Shown here one piece after another: positions 38,531 through 50,204 of a stretch of DNA of 64,000 bases (position 1 is its first letter; each line of letters starts with the position of its first letter). The position numbers were made by a program, and so were the translations under genes. The stretch comes from Felis catus (taxonomy: Eukaryota): assembly GCF_018350175.1 (NCBI RefSeq), contig NC_058368.1:8432001-8496000 (forward strand), read 5' to 3'. The notes below the pieces were generated by a model, which was not told where the DNA came from, searched no databases, and saw nothing but the letters and a program-made list of their open reading frames with translations.

Positions 38531-39377
38531 CCCTGTCACACTATCTGCTTCGTGTGAGTCATATCCACATGCCAGCCACCTACCTGGCATCGAACCGTTT
38601 TTCTGAAGTTTCCCATAATGTAGCTTGCTTCATGGATAATGCCTCCCAGGAACAATTAAATTGAATTAAAAGTATAAATGCAAACTTAAGGCAGATTTAT
38701 AAGTATCTAGAGCAGGCTTTTGTGTGGCATGGCATTTAAGGAAAGCCTTTATCTTGTTAGCATTACGCTGCACCGGCCAGAGCCAGCCAGATGGGAATGT
38801 GGTGGCCCACTTAGGCTATCTTTAATTGCTCGCTATAAATAGCTTAATGGCACTGCCATAAAAAGACTGATGTAACTGAGGAGCTCGGAGTGACCCATAT
38901 ATGTGATGTTTTCTAGGTGTCTGGGAAAACTGATGTGCATGTAGGAGATGGTTTTCTCTGCTGAAATGAAGGCTTAATTTCAAGGCCATTTCATTTCTTA
39001 CCCGCACCTCTCTTCAGATCCCATTCTCTCCCTCATTCCTTTTTGCCCTCCTCTGTGGTGAGATCGTAGCTGGCACACTGTGTCTCTCACATCTCAGCCA
39101 CAGACTCAGTACACTTGACCTGGGACTGGAAGAGAAGTGCCTGCCAGAGCCCAGCCTGATGCCCGTAAGAGGACTCCCACACGCTTTTATGGCATGTTCC
39201 CTGCGATGTCTGGCAGTCGTGGGAACCTGGATGTCTTGCTTTGTTCTCGACATCGGTGATTTATTTTTTAATTCAAGTGTAATTAACATACGGTGTTATA
39301 TCCGTTTCAGGTGTACAATGTAATGATTCAACAATTCTATACGTTTCCCAGTGCTCATCAAGATAAGTGTGCTCTTA

Positions 39378-39531
39378 CTCTTAAAAACTGAGAACAAACT
39401 GAGGGTTGATGGGGGGTGGGAGGGAGGAGAGGGTGGGTGATGGGTATTGAGGAGGGCACCTTTTGGGATGAGCACTGGGTGTTGTATGGAAACTAACTTG
39501 ACAATAAATTTCATATTAAAAAAATATATAT
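39378..39531 (+). mobile_element. Short felid L1 3' tail inserted in an older L1
   Basis: gagggttgatggggggtggg...gacaataaatttcatattaaaa; perfect TSD ataagtgtgctctta at 39363-39377 and 39532-39546. Confidence 0.95.
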
Positions 39532-41375
39532 ATAAGTGTGCTCTTAATCCCCTTTATTTCACCCATCCCTCCACCTGCCTCCTCTCTGATAATCACCAGT
39601 TCTCTGTATTTAAGAGTCTGGTTTTTTGTCTTTTTTTCCTTTGTTTTGTTTCTTAAATTCCACATATGAGCGAAATCATATGGTATTTGTCTTTCTCTAA
39701 CTGACTTATTTCACTTAGCATTATACCCTCTAGCTCTCTCCATGTTGTTGCAAATCACAAGATCTCATTCATTTCTTATGGCTGAGTAATATTCAATTGC
39801 ATAGCACACCTTCTTTACTCATTCATCTACCAATGGACAGCTGGGTTGCTTCCATATCTTGGCTGTTGTAAATAATGCTGCAATAAACTTGGGGTGCATT
39901 TATCTCTTCAAATTGGTGTTTTCATTTTCTTTGAGGAAATACCTAATAGTAGAATTACTGGATCATATGATAATTCTATTTTTAATTTTTTGAGGAACCT
40001 CCATACTATTTTCCACAGTGGCTGTACCAGTTTACATTCCTACCAGCAATGTACAAGAGTTCCTTTTTCTCCACATCCTTGCCACCACTTGTTATTTCTC
40101 GTGTTTTTGATTTTAACCATTCAGATAAATGTAAAGTGATATCTCATTGTGGTTTTAGTTTGCACTTCCCTGATGATAGTGATGTTTACCATCTTTTCAT
40201 GTGTCTCTTGGCCATCTGCGTGTCTTCTTTGGAAAAATGCCTATTTAAGTCCTCTGCCCATTTTTTAATTGGATTATTTTTGTTGTGTGTGTTGAGTTGT
40301 AGAAGTTCTTTATATATTTTGGATACTAACCCTTTACTGGATATATGATTTGCAAATATCTCTTCCTATTCAGTAGGTGGCCTTAGGATTTTGTTGATGG
40401 TTTTCTTCAGTGTACAAAAGCTTTTTATTTTGGTTTTCTTCAGTGTACAAAAGCTTTTTATTTTGAGGTAGTCCTAATAGTTTAATTTTGCTTTTGTTTC
40501 CCTTTCCAGAGCACACATATCTGGAAAGATGTTTCTGCAGTGATGTCAAAGAAATTACTGGTTTCAGGAATTTTCTGGTTTTATGTCTCCTATTTAGGTC
40601 TCTATTCGGTTTTGAGTTTGTTTTTGTGTATGGTGTAAGAAAGTGGTCCAGTTTCACTCTTTGGCACATAGCTGTTCAGTTTTCCCAGCACTATTTGTTG
40701 AAGAGACTGCTTTTTTTCTCCCACTGTATGCTCTTGCCTGCTTTGTCATAGACTAATTGACCATAAAACCGTGGCTTTACTTCTGGACTCTCTATTCTGT
40801 TCTATTCATCTATGTGTCTATTTTGTGCTAGAACCACACTGTCTTGTTTACTGTAGCTTTGTAGTATATCTTGAAATCTGGGATTGTGATACCTGCAGCT
40901 TTGTTCTTCTTTTTCAATATTGCTGTGGCTATTTGGCGTCTTTTGTGGTCCCATACAATTTTTAGGATTTTTTGTTCTAGTTTTGTGAAAAGTGTTACTG
41001 GTATTTTGACGGGGATTGCATTAAATGTGTAGATTGCTTTGGGTAGTATGGGCATTTAAAAAATACTGGTTCTTTTAATCCACGAGCATGGAATATCTTT
41101 CCATTTGTTTGTGTCATCGTCAGTTTCTTCCATCAGTGGTTTATAGTTTTGGGGGCATTGGTCTTTCTCCTCCTTGGTTAAGTTTATTCCTAGGTATTTT
41201 ATTCTTTTTGGTGCAATTGTATATGAGATTTCTTAATTTCTTTTTCTGCTACTTCATTATTAGTGCATAGAAGTGCAGCAGATTTCTGTACATTGATTTT
41301 GTATCTCTGACTTTACTGAGTTTATATATCAACTCTAGTAGTTTTTTTGGTGGAGTCTTTAGGGTATTCTATATA

Positions 41376-41616
41376 CAGTAAAACCTTGGTTTGCAAGCAT
41401 AATTCATTCCAGAAACATGCTTGTAATCCAAAGCACGTGTATATCAAAGCAAATTTCAAGAACCATTGGATCAGTTGTGATCATGTGATGTTTGGCATCA
41501 CATACTACTCACGTTGTAAGACCTCACTCATTTATCAAGGTAAAACTTATTAGCAATATTTGCTCGTCTTGTGGAACGCTCGCAGAACAAGTTACTCACA
41601 ATCCAAGGTTTTACCG
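41376..41616. mobile_element. Non-autonomous TcMar/Tigger-type MITE, 241 bp
   Basis: TIRs cagtaaaaccttggtttg / caatccaaggttttaccg; TA on the left, TG on the right; L1 ORF2 text resumes on both sides. Confidence 0.85.
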
Positions 41617-44600
41617 TGCGTAGTATCGTGTCATCTGCAAATGGTGGAAGTTTTACTTCTTACCACATTGGATGCCTTTTATTTCTTTTTCTTGTCTCGT
41701 TGCTGCAACTAGGACTTCCGGTACTGTGTTGGATAAAAGTGGTGAGAATGGATGTCCTTGTCATGTTTCTGATCATTTTTTTCACCATTGAGTGTGGTAT
41801 CAGCTGTGGGTTTTTCACATATGGCCTTTATTATGTTGAAGTATATTCCCTCCAAATTTACTTTGTTGAGAGTGTTTATCATGAATGGATGTTGTACTTT
41901 GTCAAATACTTTTCTGCATCTCTTGAGGTGATTGTCTTGATTCAATCACTAGATCACCTCTGATGTAGTTCTTACTAGCCTTCGCCAACCCATACCCCCA
42001 GCCCCCAAGCAGTAATTCCCCTTGACGTTCCTCTCCCTGCACAGGTTGTAAGTCCTAACACATGAGCTCAGAATGGTTGCAGCAACCCACTGCTCCTTCT
42101 GGTTTTCTCCGTGCCCCACCCCTGCTACATGTTGGTTTTCCACCTTGGTGTGGAGCATCCCACCAAGACTTGGTAGGTTTTCTTATCAGAGGCTCTCTTT
42201 TCAAAGAAAATGGAATCTAGTAGAATTGGAGATTGGAAAGGCCAGATGATTACACTGAAAGGAGAGGGACTGATGGGTAGAAAACATGTGGAATAAAGAC
42301 CCAAACTCTAGGAAGAATGTACATGATTAGAAAACAACACTACTAAGAAACTGGACCCCGTAAGTTAGAAGATTAAAGGGAGAGAGAGGGAATGAGGGAG
42401 GGAGTGTAGGAGGCAGTCATGGGAAACTGGGTAGATGAGCTGGCGGGAAGAAGGCCACCTTAGAGAAGATGTGATGATTTCCATGATCTGGGGCTTTGCG
42501 CCTGCTTTTTTGTGCGTGCCAAAAGGTAGCACCACATGGGCACAAAGAACTCTGGGTTTGGAGACACTGGGTTGATTCTAACTAGATCAAAAATCAGTTC
42601 AGCACTTGGGTCCACAGATGCTGGTAACTGGGGCATAGCATCTGGTATCTTTCCCTTTATAGAGATAGTCTTTTCCTTATGCATAAAAATCATTATCAGT
42701 AGTGGTATTTGCCATTCACTGACCATCCATGTTTCTTTTGCAAGTGGTTCATCAAAACTCAGTAAAACTAGGTTATTTTCTTTATTTCAGGTAACTTGCC
42801 AAGGCAAGTGAATGTAGACCTCTACACAGGTGAACGTAGACCTCTGACTTTAACCTTCACACTCTTCGGGACCAAGTGGTCTCTCTCAGGAGCATAGGTG
42901 GGCATGGGGCCTGAAGTCTGAGGTCGAGAACTGATTCTATGTGTCATGGAATTCATGAACATAGGGGTCTGTCTGTATTTTGTGATATGCACGTGGGAGA
43001 AGCCATGAGACTAAGCCCTAGGGTCAACCTTTAAGCAGTTATTCACCTTGGTGAAAATGCACCTTCCTGAAAAAAACATGCCTCTGGGACATGTTTTTGA
43101 GCATAGCACATTTCCAGATACTAACAGGCCCTCTGACCCATTGGGCTGGAATTTTCAGCTTTGGTTATGCTCTAACAGTAATAACAGAAGAGAAAAAATG
43201 TCAGCGTGCTTATTAGATATCCACATACAACTTGTTCCTCCTGCTTAGTGAAGGTAGTAGTTTAGAATCCTCAGTTTCCAGCTTGTCCATGCTTTCAGGC
43301 TGCCCGCCCAGAGTGGTGGGTTTTAGAGGCGCCCGGGGAAACCTTCCTCAGCATGCTGTAGTTGGCAAGGGTCTCCTGTTTTCCCTAGGCTCACTGCTTG
43401 CTTGGTCTGATCTCGGTGAAGGTGACCTGGGTCTATACGTGGAGCAGCACGGTGTGATATTTGAAATATTGTCCAACTTCAGCTAACTGGGATATAATGT
43501 GGTGGCGGTGCGTAAGCCAAAAGGACATCAGAGTGGCCCAGATAGATGCTGGGAAATTTGTGTATGAGGTGGAGAGCCTGTTATTCTTAGTCTGTTTACT
43601 ACTGTTTAAAAATATCTCTCCAAGATTTGACGGTCTGGTTTCTCAGCCCGCGCACTGTTAGAAGTAGCAGATTGAAAGGTGTGGGGATTCTCTGGAGGCA
43701 GTTACGCTGACAAAAGCAAGAAATAGAAAAAGGAACGGGCAGTCACAGGAACTTCCAAAATTGGGTCAACAGGTCCTATTTCATGTGACAGGATAGTGCT
43801 TATTGAATAGTAAGCTCGAAGTGAGTCTCGGCGAATAAATACATAGCCATGGATGTTTGTGTGGTTGAGCTTTGTGAAGAAGGTTAAATTCATTTTAGTG
43901 CCTGTGTTGCAGAGGGATAAGGGAATGCATAGTTCACTTGAAAGCTATTTCTAGGCTTAAGATATTATTTAAAAAATTTTGTTTTAAATTGGGGTTTGAA
44001 AAGACAGGCTGGGAAGTTTTGAAAAGACTTCTGCCCCTGGGAAGATGGCACAGGCATACTTCTCCATATTCTTCCCAAGCACAACTTAAAACTCTGTGCT
44101 TTATATAAAAAACAGACAGGAGAAGGGTCTCAAAGATGGAGGGAAGGCAGCATGTCAGTTACAGATATTGAGGAATGAGGCAGTGGGGAGTGTCCTGGGT
44201 TGTCTTCATTTGTTCCTATACCCCAGACTTGGAGCAGTAGAAGCCAACAACCCAGAACGATCAGTGGGCCCTGATTAAAAAGCCCCGGACAAAAGCTGGC
44301 TTTCTGTAGCCAAAGGGCCGGGAGGGGAGCAGGTCAGCAAGACGGAAAACCATTAGGCAGTGGTCACTCTGCTGTAGCCAGACATCACAGACGACCTTGT
44401 GGCCCCGCCCCCATCCCCGCCAGCAGAGACCCAGTGGGGAGCCTCGACCTTCCCTGGGGAGGCTGTACTGATGTGTCCCAACGCCTCTGCCAGGGTGGTG
44501 TCAGAGAAGATTCAGTAGGGAGCCTGGACTTCAGCTGACAGTAACAAGGCCCCGCTTTGCTTCCCGACTGTGGTGGTGTCAGTGAAGGCCTGGGGGCGAG

Positions 44601-44935
44601 TCAGGGCTTTCACCACCTCCCAGCAGTAATGGGGCCACGCGTCCCTTCCACGGTTCACAGGAAACCTGACTCGTAGCCCAGCCTATCAGTGAAGTCATGA
44701 GGAAGTGTCCCCCCCCCCTTCTGCCAGAGCAATGTCAGAAGGTTTAAATGAGAGGTTCTCATGACACAATACCCCAAATGTCCAGGTTTCAATGACAAGG
44801 TGTTGTCACGTCAAGAACTAGGAAGATCTCAAACTGAGAGGAAAAAGAATCCGAGATGCCACTGTTGAGATGACAGAGATGTTAGAATTATCTGAGAAGG
44901 ACTTTAAAGCAGCCATCATAAAAATGCCTCATCAG

Positions 44936-46172
44936 CACATGGAAGGGTGTTCGATACTATTAGGGAAAGGTACATCAGAACTGCAGTGAGATACCCCTTC
45001 ACACCCACGAAGATGCTGTAATCTAAGAGACAGACAGGAAAGACTGTTGGCAAGAATGCAAAGAAATTAGAACCCTCATGCCTTGCTGGTAGGAATGGAA
45101 AATGCAGTAAAAAAAATCTTCTTGAATGTTTATTTATTTTTGAGAGACAGAGAGACAGAACACAAGTGGGGGAAGGACAGAGAGAGAGGCAGACACAGAA
45201 TCCGAAGCAGGCTCCAGGCTCTGAGCCATCAGCACAGAGCCCGACGCGGGGCTCGCACTCACGGACTGCGAGATCATGACCTGAGCTGCAGTCGGACGCT
45301 TAGCTGACTGAGCCACCCAGGTGCCCTGTAAATTTTTAATGTTTTTTTTTTTGTTGTTTTGTTTTTGTTTTTGTTTTTGTTTTTTTTTTTTTGTTTTTTT
45401 TTTTTTTGAGAGAGAGCACAAGCAGGGGAGGAGCAGAGAGAAGGAGACACAGACTCTGAAGCAGGCTCCAGGCTCCGAGCTGTCAGCACAGAGCCCGATG
45501 CAGGGCTCAAACCACGAACCGTGAGATCATGACCCGAGCCGAAGTCGGACGCCTAACCGACCGAGCCACCCAGGCGCCCCAAAATGTAACCACTTTGGAA
45601 AGCGGTTTGGCGGTTCTTTGAAAAGGGAAAAAGAATTACCGTATGACTCAGTAACCCCACCCATAGCTATGCACCCGAGAGAATTGAGAACATAGAGTCC
45701 ACACATAAAATTGTACGTGGATGTTCGTAGCAGCTCTTATATTCACAGTAGCTAAAAATTGGAAACAGTATGAATGGATAAACAATGTCTTATGCCCGTA
45801 TCATGGAGGATTATTCAGCCACAAAAAGGAATAGAGTGCTGACGCATGCTACAACATGGATGAACTTGGAAAACATGAAGCTCTAAGGGAAAGAAACCAG
45901 TCGCAGAAAGCCACATATTGCTTGACTCCATTTATATGGAATGCATAGAACAAGCAAATCTATAAAGACAGAAAGATTAACAGTGTCCGGAGAGAAGAGA
46001 GAAAGGGGAATGAGGAATGGTTGCTAATCAGCAGGAGGTTTCATTTTGGAGTGCTACAGATATTTTGGAGTCAGGTAACAGTTGATGGCTGCAGAACTTT
46101 GAACGTAGTAGAACTACCGATTTTCTAGTTTAAAAGGGTGAATTTCATGGTATGTGAATTACATCTCAACAA
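44936..46172 (+). mobile_element. L1MB-like 3' end with a SINE pair inside
   Basis: gtgagataccccttcacaccca...catgctacaacatggatgaacttggaaaacat...gggtgaatttcatggtatgtgaattacatctcaa. Confidence 0.85.
45109..45580 (-). mobile_element. Two head-to-tail felid SINEs (~45109-45327 and ~45329-45580)
   Basis: Two antisense heads (...cccaggtgccc and ...cccaggcgcccc) separated by a long T-rich tail. Confidence 0.95.
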
Positions 46173-46388
46173 ACATATGCAGTGTTTCAAAGAACAATTA
46201 CACACAAAAGTGGGGGAAAAAGAAAAAAAACCCCAAAGAAACAGAAGATATGAAGAAGAACCAAATGGAGAGTTTAGAACTGAAAATATAACTGAAGTAA
46301 AAAACTCAGTGGATGGGCTCAACAGAAGAATGGAGGTGACAGAGGAAAAAAAAAAAGCGATTTTGGAAGCTGGAATAATAGGACTATA

Positions 46389-46603
46389 GGGGCAGCAGGG
46401 TGGCGTAGTCGGTTAAGCGTCAGACTTCGGCTCAGGTCATGATCTCACAGTCCGTGAGTTCGAGCCCCACGTCGGGCTCTGTGCTGACAGCTCAGAGCCT
46501 GGAGCCTGCTTTGGATTCGGTGTCTCCCGTTCTCTCTGCCCCTCCCCTGTTCATGCCCTGTCTCTCTGCCTCTCAAAAATGAATAAATGTTAAAAAAAAA
46601 AAA
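46389..46603 (+). mobile_element. Felid SINE
   Basis: gtcggttaagcgtcagacttcggctcaggtcatg; degenerate TSD aatagga. Confidence 0.94.
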
Positions 46604-46927
46604 GAATAGGAATTATCTAAACAGAGAGAAAATAGATCAATGAGCAGAACCTCAGAGACCTGTGGGATTCTTAACAAAAGATCTGACATCGAGGTCAGAG
46701 TCCCAAAAGGAAAAGAAAAAAGAGTGGGCTGAAGAAGCACTTAACGAAATCATGGCTGAAAACTTCCTAAAGTTGTCACAAGACATAACGTACAGATTCA
46801 AGAAGCTGAGCGAACCCTAAATAAGATCAACCCAAAGGAACCCAGCGTCCAACCCCATATTGTTTACTGTAGGTGTCGTGTCCTACGGTGCATCTCTGGA
46901 GTTTCTTCATCTTGCATTAGTGAAACT

Positions 46928-48056
46928 TTTTCTCTTTGCTTTTCAGTTGTTGAACTTTCTGATTTACATGTTAAGCTCAGAGATTCTTCCCTCCGCCGTG
47001 TCCAGTCTACTAATGAGCCCATCAAAGGCACTCTTCATTTCTGTTACAGTGTTTTTGATCTCTAGCATTTCTTATTTTTCTCCCTTCGGATTGCCATCCC
47101 TCTGCTTACATCGTCCATCTGTTCTTGCCGGCTGCCGCTTTATCCGTTAGAGCCCTTCGCATATTAATCATAGTCGTTTCAAATGCCTGGTGTGAGCATT
47201 CCAGCATCCCGGCCGTGTCTGGTTCTGATGCTTGGTCTGTCTCTTCAAGTTGTGTTTCCTGCCTTTCGGTGTGCCTTGTGATTGTTTTCTGGATAGCCAG
47301 ACGTGACGGCCCCGGTGAAAAGAACTGCAGGAAATCGGCCTCTGGTGCTGTGGTGGTGAGGTGTGGGGGAGGGGAAGCGTTCCGTCACCCTGGCATCAGG
47401 CCTCAGCCCTTTAGTGAGCCTGTGCCTCTCCCCTGTGAGCCTCACAAGTATTTGTTACTTTATTTTTACCCTCTTAGGTGGGACAGGTTGGCTAGAGAAG
47501 GCTGGACTTGGGTACTTCCCTTTCCCCAGGTTAATTCAACTCCCTTAACGCCCCAGTCCCTTGGGCTCTGGTTAGCTTAGTTTCCCGAGGACAAGCCTTG
47601 CCAAGAACAGAGTGCTCAGGCTTAATTCGGAATCCTTCTTTTTCTCCTCCCCCACCGGAAACCTGAGGGGATTTTTTTTTTTTCCTCCGATATTTTCTGT
47701 GGGAACCTGATCGATTGAGCTCCTAGAGGTAAAATCTCACAGTGTTGTGGGGCACCCCCCCAAGCTGGAGCCTCCTGTCGTCTTTAACTCTGGGAGTCGC
47801 ACACCGAGCCTCCAGCGGCCATCAACTACAGTTCAGGGTTTCCTACCCAAGCACTGGCCCCTGAGGTGGTTTCTGCTCTTGAGACCCTGCTCAGGGAGGG
47901 CGTGTTTGCCTGGCCGCCTCTCCAGTCTCGGGGCTGACGTTTTCCCTGGGTCCAAGAAGAGCTGTGGCTGTTTCAGTCTGTTCAGCCTTTACTTGTTGTT
48001 AGGACAGAGTGGGGACTTCCAAGCTCCTTACAGGCGGAACCAGAAATTGAGGTCCC
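46928..48056 (-). mobile_element. L1M 5'UTR plus partial ORF1 only, TSD-flanked
   Basis: Reverse complement starts with L1M 5'-terminus-like tctggttccgcctgtaaggagcttggaagtcc and ends in A-rich ORF1 text; TSD ttagtgaaact / taactgaaact. Confidence 0.7.
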
Positions 48057-48760
48057 TAACTGAAACTGGATACCCATTGACTAGGAACTCCCCTTTTCTC
48101 CTCACCCCCTACCCCTGGCTACCACAGTTCTCCTTTCTGCTTCTATGCGTTTGTCTATTTTTGCTAGCTGAAATCCATGGAATCATGCAGTATTCGTCTT
48201 TCTGTGACTCGCTTATCTCACTTAGTAATATGTCCTTAAGGGTCGTCTGTGTTGTCCCATAAGCAGGATTTCCTTTCTTTTAAGACTGAATAACATCCCA
48301 TTGTATGTATATATCATATTTTCTGCATCCACTCATCCATTGATGGATTTTTAGGTTGCTTCTACATCTTGGCTATTGTGATTAGTGCTGTAATTAACAC
48401 AGGAATGCAGATATCTCTGTGAATCCTGCTTCCAGTTCTTCTGGATAAATACCAAGATAGTGGGCTTGTTGGATCACATGGGAGTTCTATTTTTAATCTT
48501 TTGAGGAGACTCCATACTGTTTTCCATAGAGGTCGCACTATTTAACAATCTTACCAATAGTGTACCAGGGTTCTAGTTTTGCCACATCCTTGACAATACT
48601 TCTCTTTTTTTTGTTTTTGATTATATCCATGTTAACAGGTGTGAGGCGACATCTCACTATGGTTTTGATTTGCATTTCCCTGATGATTAGTGATGTCTGA
48701 GCATCTTTTCATGTATCCGTTGGCCTTTTGTTTGGCTTCTTTGGGGAAATGTCCTCGAAC
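48057..48760 (-). mobile_element. L1MA-like 3' portion; its left piece is ~46855-46927
   Basis: ggaatcatgcagtattcgtctttctgtgactcgcttatctcacttag...ggttttgatttgcatttccctgatgattagtgatg. Confidence 0.9.
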
Positions 48761-49005
48761 CTGCCAGTCTTGTCTTGGTCACCGTTGAGGCCACCATACC
48801 TAAGCAGTTTTTGGCATCTAGGAGGTATTCAGATAGTTTTATAAATGAATTATAAAGTACAGTGACTGCAAGTATGTCTACAGAGTTACAATTGATGCTG
48901 AAGATGAACAATTCTGTTGCCACCTTCTGTGCGTTGCTTTAGGGGACCTCAAGTGAGTGGGGTTTGTATCCTCGTCTGTCTGAGCTTTAGTAATGTATAG
49001 GAAGG

Positions 49006-49441
49006 GGGGCGCCTGGGTGGCTCAGTCGGTTAAGTGTCCGACTTTGGACGCTTCGGTCATGATCTCGTGGTCCGTGAGTTCGAGCCCTGCGCCGGGCTCT
49101 GTGCTGACAGTTCAGAGCCTGGAGCCTGCTTCAAATTCTGTGTCTCCTTCTCTCTCTGACCCTCCCCCGTTCATGCTCTGTCTCTGTCTGTCTCAAAAAT
49201 AAATAAACGTTAAAAAATAATTAAGGGGGCGCCTGGGTGGGGCAGTCGGTTAAGCGTCCGACTTCAGCCAGGTCACGATCTCGCGGTCCGTGAGTTCGAG
49301 CCCCGCATCAGGCTCTGGGCTGATGGCTCAGAGCCTGGAGCCTGTTTCCGATTCTGTGTCTCCCTCTCTCTCTGCCTCTCCCCCGCTCATGCTCTGTCTC
49401 TCTCTGTCCCAAAAATAAATAAACGTTAAAAAATAATTAAG
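49006..49441 (+). mobile_element. SINE-in-tail dimer of two felid SINEs
   Basis: Outer TSD aatgta(t/c)aggaagg at 48992-49005 and 49443-49456; inner TSD aaaaaataattaag at 49212-49225 and 49428-49441. Confidence 0.96.
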
Positions 49442-50204
49442 GAATGTACAGGAAGGATTTCCGTGTTTTTAACACCTGTTGTGGGGTTGGGAGAACCCAA
49501 ATGCCCAAAGTCCCATACCTCATAGCAATGGCTGGCCTTTCGTGATTGTACACTTCTGAACAGAATCACTACACCCCTGAGCTCAAATCCACTTCGTGTT
49601 GGCAGGGTCTCATGCTCTGCATGTATATCCGAGAGTCCCATATGTTCTCTCAGTTTCGATGTGGCTCCCATTTTAGAAACATGTGGTCTGTGTGTGATTG
49701 CTCCCTTTAGCTGATGAGCGGCACAGTAATTGCAGTCACCCTGTGGCATATGTGTGTCACTTTCCATTTTAGTAACAAAGTAGGAAGAGTCTCTTGTTAT
49801 AACCACATCATCGTAATGAAGTTCAGGTGGGTGATTGTGATTTATCATCTGTACTCTTCTAGCCCTTCCTGTCAGTGTTCCACTTCCTTCTAGTTTACAA
49901 AGTTCGTTTAGTAAACGTCATCCTATTTAGAGCCTCCAGAAGGAGGTAAGCAGAAGTGGTAGCAGGTGCCCCATTCAGTGCACGGGGAAACTACGATGTG
50001 GCTGTGAAATCATCTGTTCAGGTTCTGTCATCCGTGATCAGTCATCAGAGTCTCCATGTTCGGATTTTAAAGTGAGTTTTTGCTCACTTTAGGGGTGCAC
50101 TGATTCCCATCTATGGTATGAAATGGCTCATAGCATTGGTTATGAAAAAGGACACTTTGAAGCCTCTTTGCATCAAATGTCCACAGTTCAGAACTGCATG
50201 CCTC

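Larger units (their letters stand above)
39260..41935 (-). mobile_element. Carnivore-type L1, ~2.7 kb 3' portion with disrupted ORF2
   Basis: Minus-strand ORF pieces [19 protein letters not shown]...[22 protein letters not shown] and KVFDKVQHPFMINTLNKV...YFNIIKAICEKPTADTTLNGEK are recognisable L1 ORF2; antisense 3'UTR at left. Confidence 0.95.
43995..46850 (+). mobile_element. Old L1M 5'UTR and ORF1, interrupted by an L1MB 3' end and SINEs
   Basis: ORF1-like peptide ...GEFRTENITEVKNSVDGLNRRMEVTEE; atcatggctgaaaacttcctaaa...cagattcaagaagctgagcgaaccc. Confidence 0.8.

Noticed and set aside
40370..41945. L1 ORF2 peptides as a functional reverse transcriptase gene
   Set aside because: Fragmented by frameshifts, stops, a MITE insertion and 5' truncation; a dead copy.
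47125..48262. 151-aa and 171-aa + strand ORFs
   Set aside because: Antisense to L1 5'UTR/ORF1 and 3'UTR sequence.
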